64,000 nucleotides of DNA from Planctomycetota bacterium (GTDB lineage: Bacteria; Planctomycetota; PLA2; JAEUHO01). The notes under the pieces were generated by a model. The model was not told the origin of the DNA. It was given only the letters and a program-made list of their open reading frames with translations, and did not search any database. The stretch lies in NCBI GenBank assembly GCA_965223505.1, contig CBDCWP010000021.1, positions 64,001-128,000 of the forward strand, written 5' to 3'. Made by a program: the position numbers and the translations under genes. Positions 19,683 through 28,747 of the stretch are shown in pieces (positions within the stretch are counted from its first letter, which is position 1; each line of letters begins with the position of its first letter).

Positions 19683-20999
19683 ATGTGCAACCACAAGAAG
19701 AAGCACTCAAAGACGCGCGCCCGCCTGACCCGTCGCGACGTCGTTCGCTACGGCATCGCGGCAGGCGCCGGGATCGCTGCACTGGGACCGTTCGGCGGCA
19801 GGCTGCTGCCGAAGGCGACCGGTACGCCGCTTCCGAACCACCGGCGCTGCGTCGTCCTCTACTGCTACGGCGGGTACGACGGCCTCAACATGCTGGTGCC
19901 CACGGCTGGCGAGGCGGTCACGCCGTACACGAACCTGCGGCCCACGATCGCGATCACGAGCGGCACGCACGCGCTCAACGGGATCGCCAACTTCGAGCTC
20001 AACCCGAATCTCGACAACATGGCTGCGCTCTACAACCAGGGCGACGGCGCGATCTTCCAGAAGGTCGGCTACCCGAGCCAGAATCTCAGCCACTTCACGA
20101 GCCAGGACATCTACAGTGAAGGCGTGCGCAACGGCTTCGGCGGACTCCCGATTCAGGAGAGCGGCTGGATCGCGCGCTTTGCCGACCTGTACGCCCCCAC
20201 GCCCTTGGGCGCCGTGTCCGTGGGCGTCGGCAAACCGCTCGACTTCGTCGGTGGAACGTCGAACCCGTTCCTCGTGGATAGTCTCAACGGATTCGAGTTC
20301 GACGTCGACGGCGACTACCCGGCGAACCACCAGCATCGCCTCTCGGCCGTTCAGGACATCCTGAGCGGGTACACGGGCGGATCGTTGGACGAGGACGCCG
20401 CGACCGCGCTGGAACAAGGACTCGCGCTGACAGTGGACATCCAGGACGCGGTAGACAACTTCACGCCGCCGGCCGGCCAGCAGTACCCGAACAGCTCGCC
20501 GGGACGCTACATGAAGGACATCGCGACCCTGATCCAGCACGGAACGGAGACGCGGATGTTCTTCACCGGCTTCAGTGGCTGGGACACGCACGGCAACGAG
20601 ATCGCCGGCATGAACAACCGCTGCACCCGCCTCGACGACGCCGTCGGCGCGTTCGCGGGACACATGCAGGAGATGGGCCTGTGGGATGACACCCTCATCC
20701 TCGTGGTTTCCGAGTTCGGCCGGCGCAACTTCGAGAACGGCTCGTTCGGCACCGACCACGGACACGGCAACTGCTTTTTCGCGTTCGGCGGGACGGTGAA
20801 CTCCGGCTACTACGGCAACGAGCTGACCGCGGCGGAGCTGACGCTCCCGAACAACAACTGGCTGGGATACGACATCGACTTCCGTGACATCTACAAAGAG
20901 ATGATCGACGATCACTTCGCCGGTCTGGGCACGAACTCGAGCTTGATCTTCCCCGAGCCGCAAGACATCAACACGAACCTCAACTACATCACTCCGTAG
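19683..20999 (+). CDS. DUF1501-family protein with Tat signal (copy 2)
   Basis: [33 protein letters not shown] and GTDHGHG. Confidence 0.9.
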   Translation: MCNHKKKHSKTRARLTRRDVVRYGIAAGAGIAALGPFGGRLLPKATGTPLPNHRRCVVLYCYGGYDGLNMLVPTAGEAVTPYTNLRPTIAITSGTHALNGIANFELNPNLDNMAALYNQGDGAIFQKVGYPSQNLSHFTSQDIYSEGVRNGFGGLPIQESGWIARFADLYAPTPLGAVSVGVGKPLDFVGGTSNPFLVDSLNGFEFDVDGDYPANHQHRLSAVQDILSGYTGGSLDEDAATALEQGLALTVDIQDAVDNFTPPAGQQYPNSSPGRYMKDIATLIQHGTETRMFFTGFSGWDTHGNEIAGMNNRCTRLDDAVGAFAGHMQEMGLWDDTLILVVSEFGRRNFENGSFGTDHGHGNCFFAFGGTVNSGYYGNELTAAELTLPNNNWLGYDIDFRDIYKEMIDDHFAGLGTNSSLIFPEPQDINTNLNYITP

Positions 21000-21132
21000 C
21001 TGTGTTCGATCGGTTCCGCCGGCGTGTACCGGCGCCGGCGGAGCCATGACGGTTCGCGTCCCCGCAGCGAATCGTCGTCTCCCGAAGCGGGTATATCGAA
21101 CCGACCTCCACGTACGAAGGGTCGAACCTCGC

Positions 21133-22641
21133 ATGGCCGCACGAATCCCGAACCTCCGCCCGATCCGGCCGGGCTTGCGCGCCGCCCTCTCGGCGGCCGC
21201 ACTGCTCTCCCTCGTCGCCGCTTGCGGCGGCGGGGGGGGCGATGCCGCGCCGACGACGGCGCCCGCGAACCTCACCTACGACGTCGATCCCGGCCTCTAC
21301 CGCGCCGGGGAACCGATCACCGACAACAACGCGTCTACGACCGGAGGCGCGCCGACGAGCTTCACCGTGAACCCGCCGCTGCCGAGCGGGCTCGTTCTCA
21401 ATGCCGTCACAGGCACCATCGGCGGCACGCCGACCGTCGAGACGCCGGGCGCGGCGTACACGGTCACGGCCGCCAACAGCGCGGGCCAGACACAGACGGA
21501 CGTCACGCTCGCGATCGGCAAGCCGCTCCCCGGGAGCTTCGTGAGCTTGAAGGAGGGCTTCGAGGTCGAGTGCGTCCTCACGGGCCTGAACAAGGGTGCG
21601 CGGATCGCACTGTTGCCCGACGGACGCATCCTCTACACCGAGGTGAGCCTGGGCCGCGTGCGCGTCATCGACGCCAACGGCACGTTGCAGCCGGCGCCCT
21701 ATCTCGATCTGCTCTCGTTCCAGCTCGGAGGCGCGACCGTCGACCTGCTGCAGGGCTCGCACCAGGGGCTGCTCGGCCTCGCGATCGCGCCGGACTTCAA
21801 CGCGTCCGGACACGTCTTCGTGAGCCTCACCATCGGCGAGCAGGGGCAGCCGGACCGGATGGCCGTGTTGCGCTTCACGGACGATCCGACGCCGAACGCC
21901 AACCAGGGCACCGACATGCAGGTGGTGCTGGACGACCTCCCGACGGCGGACACGAACTGCGGCGGCGAACTGTTGTTCGAGCCCGATCCCGGCGGCGTCT
22001 ACGCGACGGACCGCATGTGGGTGAGCGTCGGCGATGCGGAGAACTCGCTGAACGCGCAGGCGCCGATCGCGACCACGCCCGCGGGCAAGATCCTGCGCAT
22101 CATCCCGACGACGCCCGCGACCTTGCCGCCGGAGAACACGTCGGGCACGCTCCAGTACGCGAACGGCTGCCGCGCGATCTTCGGCATGGGCACGCATCCG
22201 ACGCTCGGCGGCCTGTTCGTGGGCGACAACGGCGGCATGGACCTGGTCAACGGCCACGACATGCTGGACGAGGTCAACTACGTCATCGAAGGAAACAACT
22301 ACGGCTGGGGCTCCGGCGCCGGCGGCAACCCGTTGAAGGTCAAGGAGTGGACGAACGTGACCGTCGTCCCGGCAGGGCTCACCTTCCACACGGGCGCTGC
22401 GTTCTCGACGACGGTCCCCCCCACCGACAGCCTGTTCGTAACGGCACACCTCACGCGCGAGATCTTCCGATTCGTGATGTCCGGCGTAGCACGCACCGAC
22501 GTGGACCTCGAGGAGGTTTGGGCGCAAATGACGCTCAATCCCAACGACAACCCGCTCGACATCGTCGTCGACCCCGTGACGGACGACCTCTACGTCATCA
22601 CGTTCGGCGACATCTGGAGGATCAGCGCGATCACGCCGTGA
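21133..22641 (+). CDS. Lipoprotein with Ig domain + GSDH-like beta-propeller (copy 2)
   Basis: VAA-C-GGGGG, LPSGLVLNAVTGTIGGTP, LPDGRIL, GLLGLAIAPDF, GKILRI and DEVN. The start could alternatively be 21046. Confidence 0.85.
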   Translation: MAARIPNLRPIRPGLRAALSAAALLSLVAACGGGGGDAAPTTAPANLTYDVDPGLYRAGEPITDNNASTTGGAPTSFTVNPPLPSGLVLNAVTGTIGGTPTVETPGAAYTVTAANSAGQTQTDVTLAIGKPLPGSFVSLKEGFEVECVLTGLNKGARIALLPDGRILYTEVSLGRVRVIDANGTLQPAPYLDLLSFQLGGATVDLLQGSHQGLLGLAIAPDFNASGHVFVSLTIGEQGQPDRMAVLRFTDDPTPNANQGTDMQVVLDDLPTADTNCGGELLFEPDPGGVYATDRMWVSVGDAENSLNAQAPIATTPAGKILRIIPTTPATLPPENTSGTLQYANGCRAIFGMGTHPTLGGLFVGDNGGMDLVNGHDMLDEVNYVIEGNNYGWGSGAGGNPLKVKEWTNVTVVPAGLTFHTGAAFSTTVPPTDSLFVTAHLTREIFRFVMSGVARTDVDLEEVWAQMTLNPNDNPLDIVVDPVTDDLYVITFGDIWRISAITP

Positions 22642-22685
22642 ACCCTGGCGGGCAAGTCGCGGTATACCTGACCAAGGAGGTATCG

Positions 22686-24500
22686 ATGCGACCTGGAGCC
22701 ATGCGCATCTTCACAGCGCTCTTGGCGCTGATGCTCGCCGCATGCGGTGGCGGCGGCGGCGCCGCCGGACCGACGCCGGATGCGCCCACCAACCTGAGCT
22801 ACGACGACGCGAATCCCACGTATCGCACCGACGCGCCGATCGTGCCTAACAGCCCCTCGACGCTGGGCGGGACGCCGACGTCCTATACCGTCAACCCGCC
22901 GCTGCCCGCAGGCCTGGTCCTGAACCCCGCTACGGGCGTGGTGTCGGGCTCGCCCTCGTCGGCCGCGCCCGCCGCGCCCTACACGCTCACGGCCGCCAAT
23001 GCCGGCGGGTCGACCGATACCGTCGTGACGATCGAGGTCAAGTGGGCGACGTTCAAGTCGATCGAGCCGCACGCGGGGCACACGGACGACGACATTCGCC
23101 ACTTCCTGAAGCGGACGAACTTCGGGTACGAGGTCGACAAGCACGCCGAGATCACGAGCAACGGCTTCGACACGTACCTCGACGGCATCCTCGACATGAC
23201 GCCGAACGCGGCGCTCGAGAACGCCGCGCGGCAGGCGTATTTGGTCGATCTAGACGACCCCAACGGCGAAGCGCCGACGCAGGCCGACCTGGCACGTTGG
23301 TTGATCTACCTCATCCAGAACAACCCCAACGCGTTCCAGGAAGTGCTGGGCATGCACTGGCACGACCACTTCGCGGCGTCGTCGTCCGTCCTCGACGGGT
23401 TCAACAGCCGCTTTTTCGTGGATCACATCAACCTGTGGCGCCACGCGGGGGCCGGCGACCTGCGGCAGCTGCTCATCGACATGGCGCGCGACCCGGCGAT
23501 GCTCGTCTGGCTCAACGGCATCGACAACATCGCGCTCGAACCCAACGAAAACTTCGCTCGGGAGTACTTCGAGCTGTACTGCTTCGGCGTCGGCAACGGC
23601 TACACGGAGAACGACATCCAGGAAGCGGCGCGCGCGCTGACCGGGTATCGCTACCAGTTCAACCCGAACACGCAGCTCGTCGACGTGATCTTCAACCCGT
23701 TCTTTCACGACACGACCGACAAGACCGTGCTGGGAACGGTCATCCCCGGGCAGAGCCTCACCGACGACTACGAAGCGTTGGTGGACATCACGCTCGCGGA
23801 GCTCGATCCGGTCAGCGGCGTCCCGCGGGCGGCGCTTTGGATCACGCGGCAGACGCTTCGACGCTTCGTGATGGACGCGCCGTCCGCCGTGCTGGTCGAG
23901 CAGCTCGCGGCCGTGCTCGCCGCCAACTGGGACCTGACCGAGATGCTTCGGACGATGCTGCGTTCGGAAGCGTTCTTTTCGACCGTCGCCAAGACGGGCT
24001 TCGTGAAGACGCCGGTCGAGCACCTGATGGGGTTCATCCGCTCGACGAAGATCACGTGGGATCCCGCCACGATGGACTTTTTCTTCACGTTCATGGGGAA
24101 CCGACCGACGCAGCCGCCCACGGTCGACGGGTGGCCGGAAGGAACCCAGTGGTTGTCGGCACAGGGCATGGTCGACCGCGCCAACGCGCTCCGCTTTCTG
24201 ATCAGCGACCGCAACCACCAGACGACCAACAACGTGGATCTCACGCAGCTGATCGCGCCGCCCACGCCGCCGGCGACCAAGCCCACCGCGGAGGAGGTGC
24301 TCGACTTCCTCGCGAACCGACTGAGCGTGACGCTCGCGCCTTCGGAGCGTACGCAGATGCTCGATTACATGAACACGGATCTGGTCGGCGGCAACGTCGT
24401 CCCGGATCCGTTCGACGCGGACGACGTCGTCCACCTCGACCAACGAATGCGCGGCGTGCTGTACATGCTCGGACAGCACCCGTCGTACGTGCTCCGCTAG
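22686..24500 (+). CDS. DUF1800-family lipoprotein with Ig domain (copy 3)
   Basis: AAGGAGG RBS, LAA-C-GGGGG, HWHDHFA, ARDPAMLVWLNG, PNENFAREYFEL, DIQEAARALTG, KTPVEH and HPSY. Confidence 0.9.
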   Translation: MRPGAMRIFTALLALMLAACGGGGGAAGPTPDAPTNLSYDDANPTYRTDAPIVPNSPSTLGGTPTSYTVNPPLPAGLVLNPATGVVSGSPSSAAPAAPYTLTAANAGGSTDTVVTIEVKWATFKSIEPHAGHTDDDIRHFLKRTNFGYEVDKHAEITSNGFDTYLDGILDMTPNAALENAARQAYLVDLDDPNGEAPTQADLARWLIYLIQNNPNAFQEVLGMHWHDHFAASSSVLDGFNSRFFVDHINLWRHAGAGDLRQLLIDMARDPAMLVWLNGIDNIALEPNENFAREYFELYCFGVGNGYTENDIQEAARALTGYRYQFNPNTQLVDVIFNPFFHDTTDKTVLGTVIPGQSLTDDYEALVDITLAELDPVSGVPRAALWITRQTLRRFVMDAPSAVLVEQLAAVLAANWDLTEMLRTMLRSEAFFSTVAKTGFVKTPVEHLMGFIRSTKITWDPATMDFFFTFMGNRPTQPPTVDGWPEGTQWLSAQGMVDRANALRFLISDRNHQTTNNVDLTQLIAPPTPPATKPTAEEVLDFLANRLSVTLAPSERTQMLDYMNTDLVGGNVVPDPFDADDVVHLDQRMRGVLYMLGQHPSYVLR

Positions 24501-24511
24501 GGAAACTCGGC

Positions 24512-25831
24512 ATGTGCCAACGACATCGACGCAAGCAACGGACGCCCGGCCGGGTCTCCCGGCGTGACGTGATCCGCTACGGCCTCGCCGGCGCCGGCAT
24601 CGCCGCGCTGGGACCGCTCGGCCGGTCCATGATGCCCGCGGCGCAAGGCGCGCCGCTCCCCAATCACAAGCGGTTGGTCGTCATCAACTGCTACGGCGGC
24701 TACGACGGGCTGAACATGATGCCGATCACGGCCGGCCCCGCTGCGCAGGCGTACCAGGATCGCCGGCCGGCCATCGGCATCGACCCGCTGGACGCCTTGC
24801 CGCTCAACGGCGTCAGCGACTACGGCCTGCACCCCAACCTCGCCAACCTCCAGACGCTGTTCAACGCCGGCGAGGTGGCGACGTTCCAGAAGATCGGCTA
24901 TCCCACGGAGGATCTCAGCCACTTCGTCAGCCAGGACATCTACAGCTTCGGCGTACGCGGCTCCTTCGGGCCGCTCGGGATTCCGGCGAGCGGTTGGATC
25001 GCGCGTTACGCGGAGCTCTACGCACCCACGCCGCTCGGCGCGTGCGCCATCGGCGTCGGCCTTCCGCTCGACTTCGAAGGCGGAAGCTCGAATCCGTTGA
25101 CGCTGTTCAACTTGACGTCGTTCCAGTTCTTCGCGGACGGTGCGTACCCGGCGAACAGCCAGCACCAGCTCGACACGATGGACGCGCTGTTGAACGGCTA
25201 CAGCGGCACGCCGCTCTCCGAGTCGGCCGCGCTGGCCGAGCAGCAGGGTCATCAGCTCAGCAACGACATCCAGGACGCGCTGCAAAACTCGGCATCGCCA
25301 CAGGCGGCGAACTACCCGGCGTCGTCGCCGGGTACGTTTCTCAAGGACGTCGCCAACCTCATCAACCACGGCACGGAGACGGAGGTCTTCTTCACCGGCT
25401 TCAACGGCTGGGACACGCACGCCGCGCAGACCAACCAGAACAATGCGAACACAGGGACGATGGCCAACCTGATCACGCGGCTCGACGGCGCCGTCGGCGT
25501 TTTCGCGCAGGATCTCAAGGACATGGGCGTCTGGAACGACACGGTCGTACTGATCGTGACCGAGTTCGGGCGTCGCAACTTCGAGAATGGGTCGTTCGGC
25601 ACCGATCACGGCCACGGCAACACGTTCTTCGCCACCGGCGGCCCGGTGATCGGCGGGTACTACGGACCGCAGCTCGCCGAGGCGGACCTGCTGCAGAACT
25701 ACCTCGACTACGAGATCGACTTCCGCGACGTCTACAAGGAAGCGCTGTCGAGGCACCTGGGCGTCGATGACGCACCCGTCTTCCCCGAACCGCTCGAGAA
25801 GAACAACACGCTCAACTATCTGCCGGTGTAG
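24512..25831 (+). CDS. DUF1501-family protein with Tat signal (copy 3)
   Basis: [33 protein letters not shown] and GTDHGHG. Confidence 0.9.
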   Translation: MCQRHRRKQRTPGRVSRRDVIRYGLAGAGIAALGPLGRSMMPAAQGAPLPNHKRLVVINCYGGYDGLNMMPITAGPAAQAYQDRRPAIGIDPLDALPLNGVSDYGLHPNLANLQTLFNAGEVATFQKIGYPTEDLSHFVSQDIYSFGVRGSFGPLGIPASGWIARYAELYAPTPLGACAIGVGLPLDFEGGSSNPLTLFNLTSFQFFADGAYPANSQHQLDTMDALLNGYSGTPLSESAALAEQQGHQLSNDIQDALQNSASPQAANYPASSPGTFLKDVANLINHGTETEVFFTGFNGWDTHAAQTNQNNANTGTMANLITRLDGAVGVFAQDLKDMGVWNDTVVLIVTEFGRRNFENGSFGTDHGHGNTFFATGGPVIGGYYGPQLAEADLLQNYLDYEIDFRDVYKEALSRHLGVDDAPVFPEPLEKNNTLNYLPV

Positions 25832-28616
25832 CGACGGCATCGACGACGCGGTGCAGTTCCTTGATCGAGATCGGCTTGGAGATGTACTCGTCCATGCCGG
25901 CCTCGATGCAGCGCTCCCGGTCGCCTTGCATGGAATGCGCGGTCATCGCGATGATCGGAATCTCCGGGGATGCCGGCGTTTCGCCGGCGCGAATCCGGTG
26001 GGTCACCTCGAAGCCGTCGATCCCGGGCATCTGAACGTCCATTAGGATCAGGTCGAAGTGCCCTGAGCCGAGCAGCTCGATCGCGGCCTCGCCGGACTCG
26101 GCAATCGCGACGTCGTGACCACGCTTGTGAAGCATGTGTTGTGCGACGGCGGAGTTGACGGGATTGTCCTCGACCAGCAGCACACGCAGCGTGGGGCCGC
26201 GCTCGGGCTCGCCGTTGTCGTGGTTCGTGACGGCGGGGGACGCGGCACCCATCGCGAGTTGGATCTCGTCGAGAAGCTCGGACGGGTTGACGGGCTTGAG
26301 GAGCTGCGATCGGTAGCCGAGTTCCTTCGCGCGGTGCATCCCGCCGGGGTACGAGCCGGAGCTGAGCAGGATCAGCTCGACGTTCGGGATCGAGCCGTCG
26401 CCGTGCAGGGCCTCGGCGAACATGAAGCCGTCGGCCTTGGGCATGTGGAAGTCCACGATCGCCATGCGGATCGGATCGTCGGTGTCCGCGGCGGCACGCA
26501 GCCGATCCAGGCCGGCCTCCGCGCCCGCGACGGAGACGGGCCGCAGCCCCCAGCGCTGCAACAGACGCTCGAGCACCATCCGATTGGTTTCGTTGTCGTC
26601 CACGATCAGTACCGGCAGTCCGCGCAGGTTCGCGGGCGGCCGGTCGAAAATCGGAAGCGCCGCCTCGGGCGCGAGGCCCACCGGGATCACGAAGTGGAAC
26701 GTGCTGCCCTTGCCCACCTCGCTCTCCACCCAGATGCGACCTCCCATGAGATCGACGAGCCGCGCGGAGATGGCGAGCCCCAGACCGGTGCCCCCGTACT
26801 GTCGCGTCGTCGACGCATCCGCCTGCGCAAAGGCCTCGAAGATGTGCTCGACCTTCTCGGGGGGAATGCCGACACCGGTATCCCGGACCTGGAAGTGCAG
26901 TTCGACGCGATCCGCCCTGAGCGGCCCCTCGGGCTCCACGTGCACGACGACCTCGCCGTCCTTCGTGAACTTGACCGCATTGCCGACGAGATTGACGAGG
27001 ATCTGACGAATGCGAGCGACGTCTCCGACGACGCCGTCCGGCACTTGCGTTGCGACGTCCCAGGCCAGCTCGAGTCCCTTGTCGGACGCGCGTACGCCGA
27101 GGACCTGCAGCGTTCGGCCGATGAAGTCGCGCAGGCTGAACGGACGCGGGTCGAGCTCGAGCTTGCGGGCCTCGATCTTGGAGAAGTCGAGGATGTCGTT
27201 CAGCACCGTCATCAGCGCGTCGGCGGAGTACTTCACGGCATCGAGGTACTGACGCTGCTCGGCGGTGAGCTGCGTGTCGAGGGCGAGCTCGGTCATCCCG
27301 AGAACGCCGTTCATGGGCGTGCGCACCTCGTGACTCATGTTCGCGAGGAACTCGCTCTTGGCCCGCGTCGCGGCCTCGGCGTGCTCCTTGGCTTCGACGA
27401 GCTGGGCCTGCGCGCTCTCCAGCGCCCCGGCCATGTGGTTGAAGCGTTCGCCGAGATCGTAGAGCTCATCCTTGCCGTCGATCTCCACACGGGCAGACAG
27501 ATCGCCCTCGCCGACGGCCGTGGCCGCGCGGCCCAGCCGCCCGATTCGCCTCGTGAGCGCGTGCGCGATCAGCCACCCGAACGCGAGCGCGAGCAAGGTC
27601 GCCAATCCCGCCGTGATGATCGTCGTCCTGCGCAGCTCGTCGATGGGCCCGAAGACGTGGTCCTGATCCCATTCCCAGAGGAGGATCCAGCCCAGCCCGC
27701 CGAAGCTCTCGTGCCCGCGGGATCGCGCGAAGGCTGAGAGCACCTCACGACCGCCTCGCGTGTGCTCGGCTACGAGCACGTCGCTCTCGCCTCCGAACGC
27801 GACGCCCTCGAAGAACACCGGCGCCTCGCGCGGCTCGCCGATCGGCTCGTCGCTGATGTGAATGAGCAACCGGTTGCCGCTGAACAGCGCTACGCGGCCG
27901 CCGGCCAGCCCCTGCGCGCGTTCGTTGATGAGCTCGATGACGTCGTGGATGTTGAGGACCGCCTTCAGGACGCCGGCGAACGCGCCGTCGGCATCCGTCA
28001 GTCGAACGCAGACGTCGCAGGAGTAGATCCCGGCGCTGTCGTCGAACTGGACGTCGCCGACGTAGACCCCCTCCTCCTTGGCCGTGTCCCACCACGTCTC
28101 GCCCTTCTGCATGAAGTCCGACGTTCGATGCGTCTGCGCGACGTTCGCGCCGTACCGATTGGTGAGGAAGACCTCACCGAAAACGGGATATCCGCGCGCG
28201 TTGCTCAGCTTCCGGAGGCGCAGCCGCATGTCGGCGGAGAGAGGGTCGGCGATCAGCTCCCTCATGAGCGGTGTCTCGCCCGGCGACGCCTGCCAGCGCT
28301 CGTCCTGATCACGAATGTACGCATCCACGTCGTCGAGACGGGCGAATGCGGCGTGCGAGCTCTTCAGCGCGTCGCGCACGGGACTGCTGTCCGCGTAGGC
28401 CTCCCACTCGCGGACCCAGCCGGCCATGTCGCGGTCGATCTCGCTCATCAAGGCGCGCACCTGCATCTTGGACGATTTCTCGATCGCCTCGCGCAGGCTC
28501 GCCTCGCCGGACGACGATGCGTAGAACGCCGTCCCCCAGATCAGAACGACGGGCAGCAGGGCCCCCAGGATGAGCTTTGTAGCGATCCGCACGGCGGCAC
28601 AGATACTAGCCCGCAT
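25812..28616 (-). CDS. Hybrid sensor histidine kinase (Cache-like sensor, HAMP, HisKA, HATPase, two receiver domains)
   Basis: Two TM helices, [42 protein letters not shown], and receivers VLIVDDN and VLLVEDN...LMDVQMP...KP. The start could be GTG 28592. Confidence 0.95.
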   Translation of the reverse strand: MRASICAAVRIATKLILGALLPVVLIWGTAFYASSSGEASLREAIEKSSKMQVRALMSEIDRDMAGWVREWEAYADSSPVRDALKSSHAAFARLDDVDAYIRDQDERWQASPGETPLMRELIADPLSADMRLRLRKLSNARGYPVFGEVFLTNRYGANVAQTHRTSDFMQKGETWWDTAKEEGVYVGDVQFDDSAGIYSCDVCVRLTDADGAFAGVLKAVLNIHDVIELINERAQGLAGGRVALFSGNRLLIHISDEPIGEPREAPVFFEGVAFGGESDVLVAEHTRGGREVLSAFARSRGHESFGGLGWILLWEWDQDHVFGPIDELRRTTIITAGLATLLALAFGWLIAHALTRRIGRLGRAATAVGEGDLSARVEIDGKDELYDLGERFNHMAGALESAQAQLVEAKEHAEAATRAKSEFLANMSHEVRTPMNGVLGMTELALDTQLTAEQRQYLDAVKYSADALMTVLNDILDFSKIEARKLELDPRPFSLRDFIGRTLQVLGVRASDKGLELAWDVATQVPDGVVGDVARIRQILVNLVGNAVKFTKDGEVVVHVEPEGPLRADRVELHFQVRDTGVGIPPEKVEHIFEAFAQADASTTRQYGGTGLGLAISARLVDLMGGRIWVESEVGKGSTFHFVIPVGLAPEAALPIFDRPPANLRGLPVLIVDDNETNRMVLERLLQRWGLRPVSVAGAEAGLDRLRAAADTDDPIRMAIVDFHMPKADGFMFAEALHGDGSIPNVELILLSSGSYPGGMHRAKELGYRSQLLKPVNPSELLDEIQLAMGAASPAVTNHDNGEPERGPTLRVLLVEDNPVNSAVAQHMLHKRGHDVAIAESGEAAIELLGSGHFDLILMDVQMPGIDGFEVTHRIRAGETPASPEIPIIAMTAHSMQGDRERCIEAGMDEYISKPISIKELHRVVDAVATPADS

Positions 28617-28747
28617 GGTTCATGAACTGGCGCTGAAGTCGTGCGGTTCTCGCCCGCCTTTCTGCCCGGTCTCCTCGCGCAGAACCGCCGCTCGGCGACC
28701 GAACGTCTTCGCCCCCCGGTGCTCGCGCCGGAATCTCACAAGGGGAT

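Noticed and set aside
21024..22685. Apparent 1158-aa DUF1800 and 929-aa DUF1501 (23042) giant fusions in the ORF track
   Set aside because: The N-terminal extensions are Arg/Pro-rich off-frame reads of the upstream genes. Starts with proper signal peptides lie at 22686 (with AAGGAGG RBS) and 24512.
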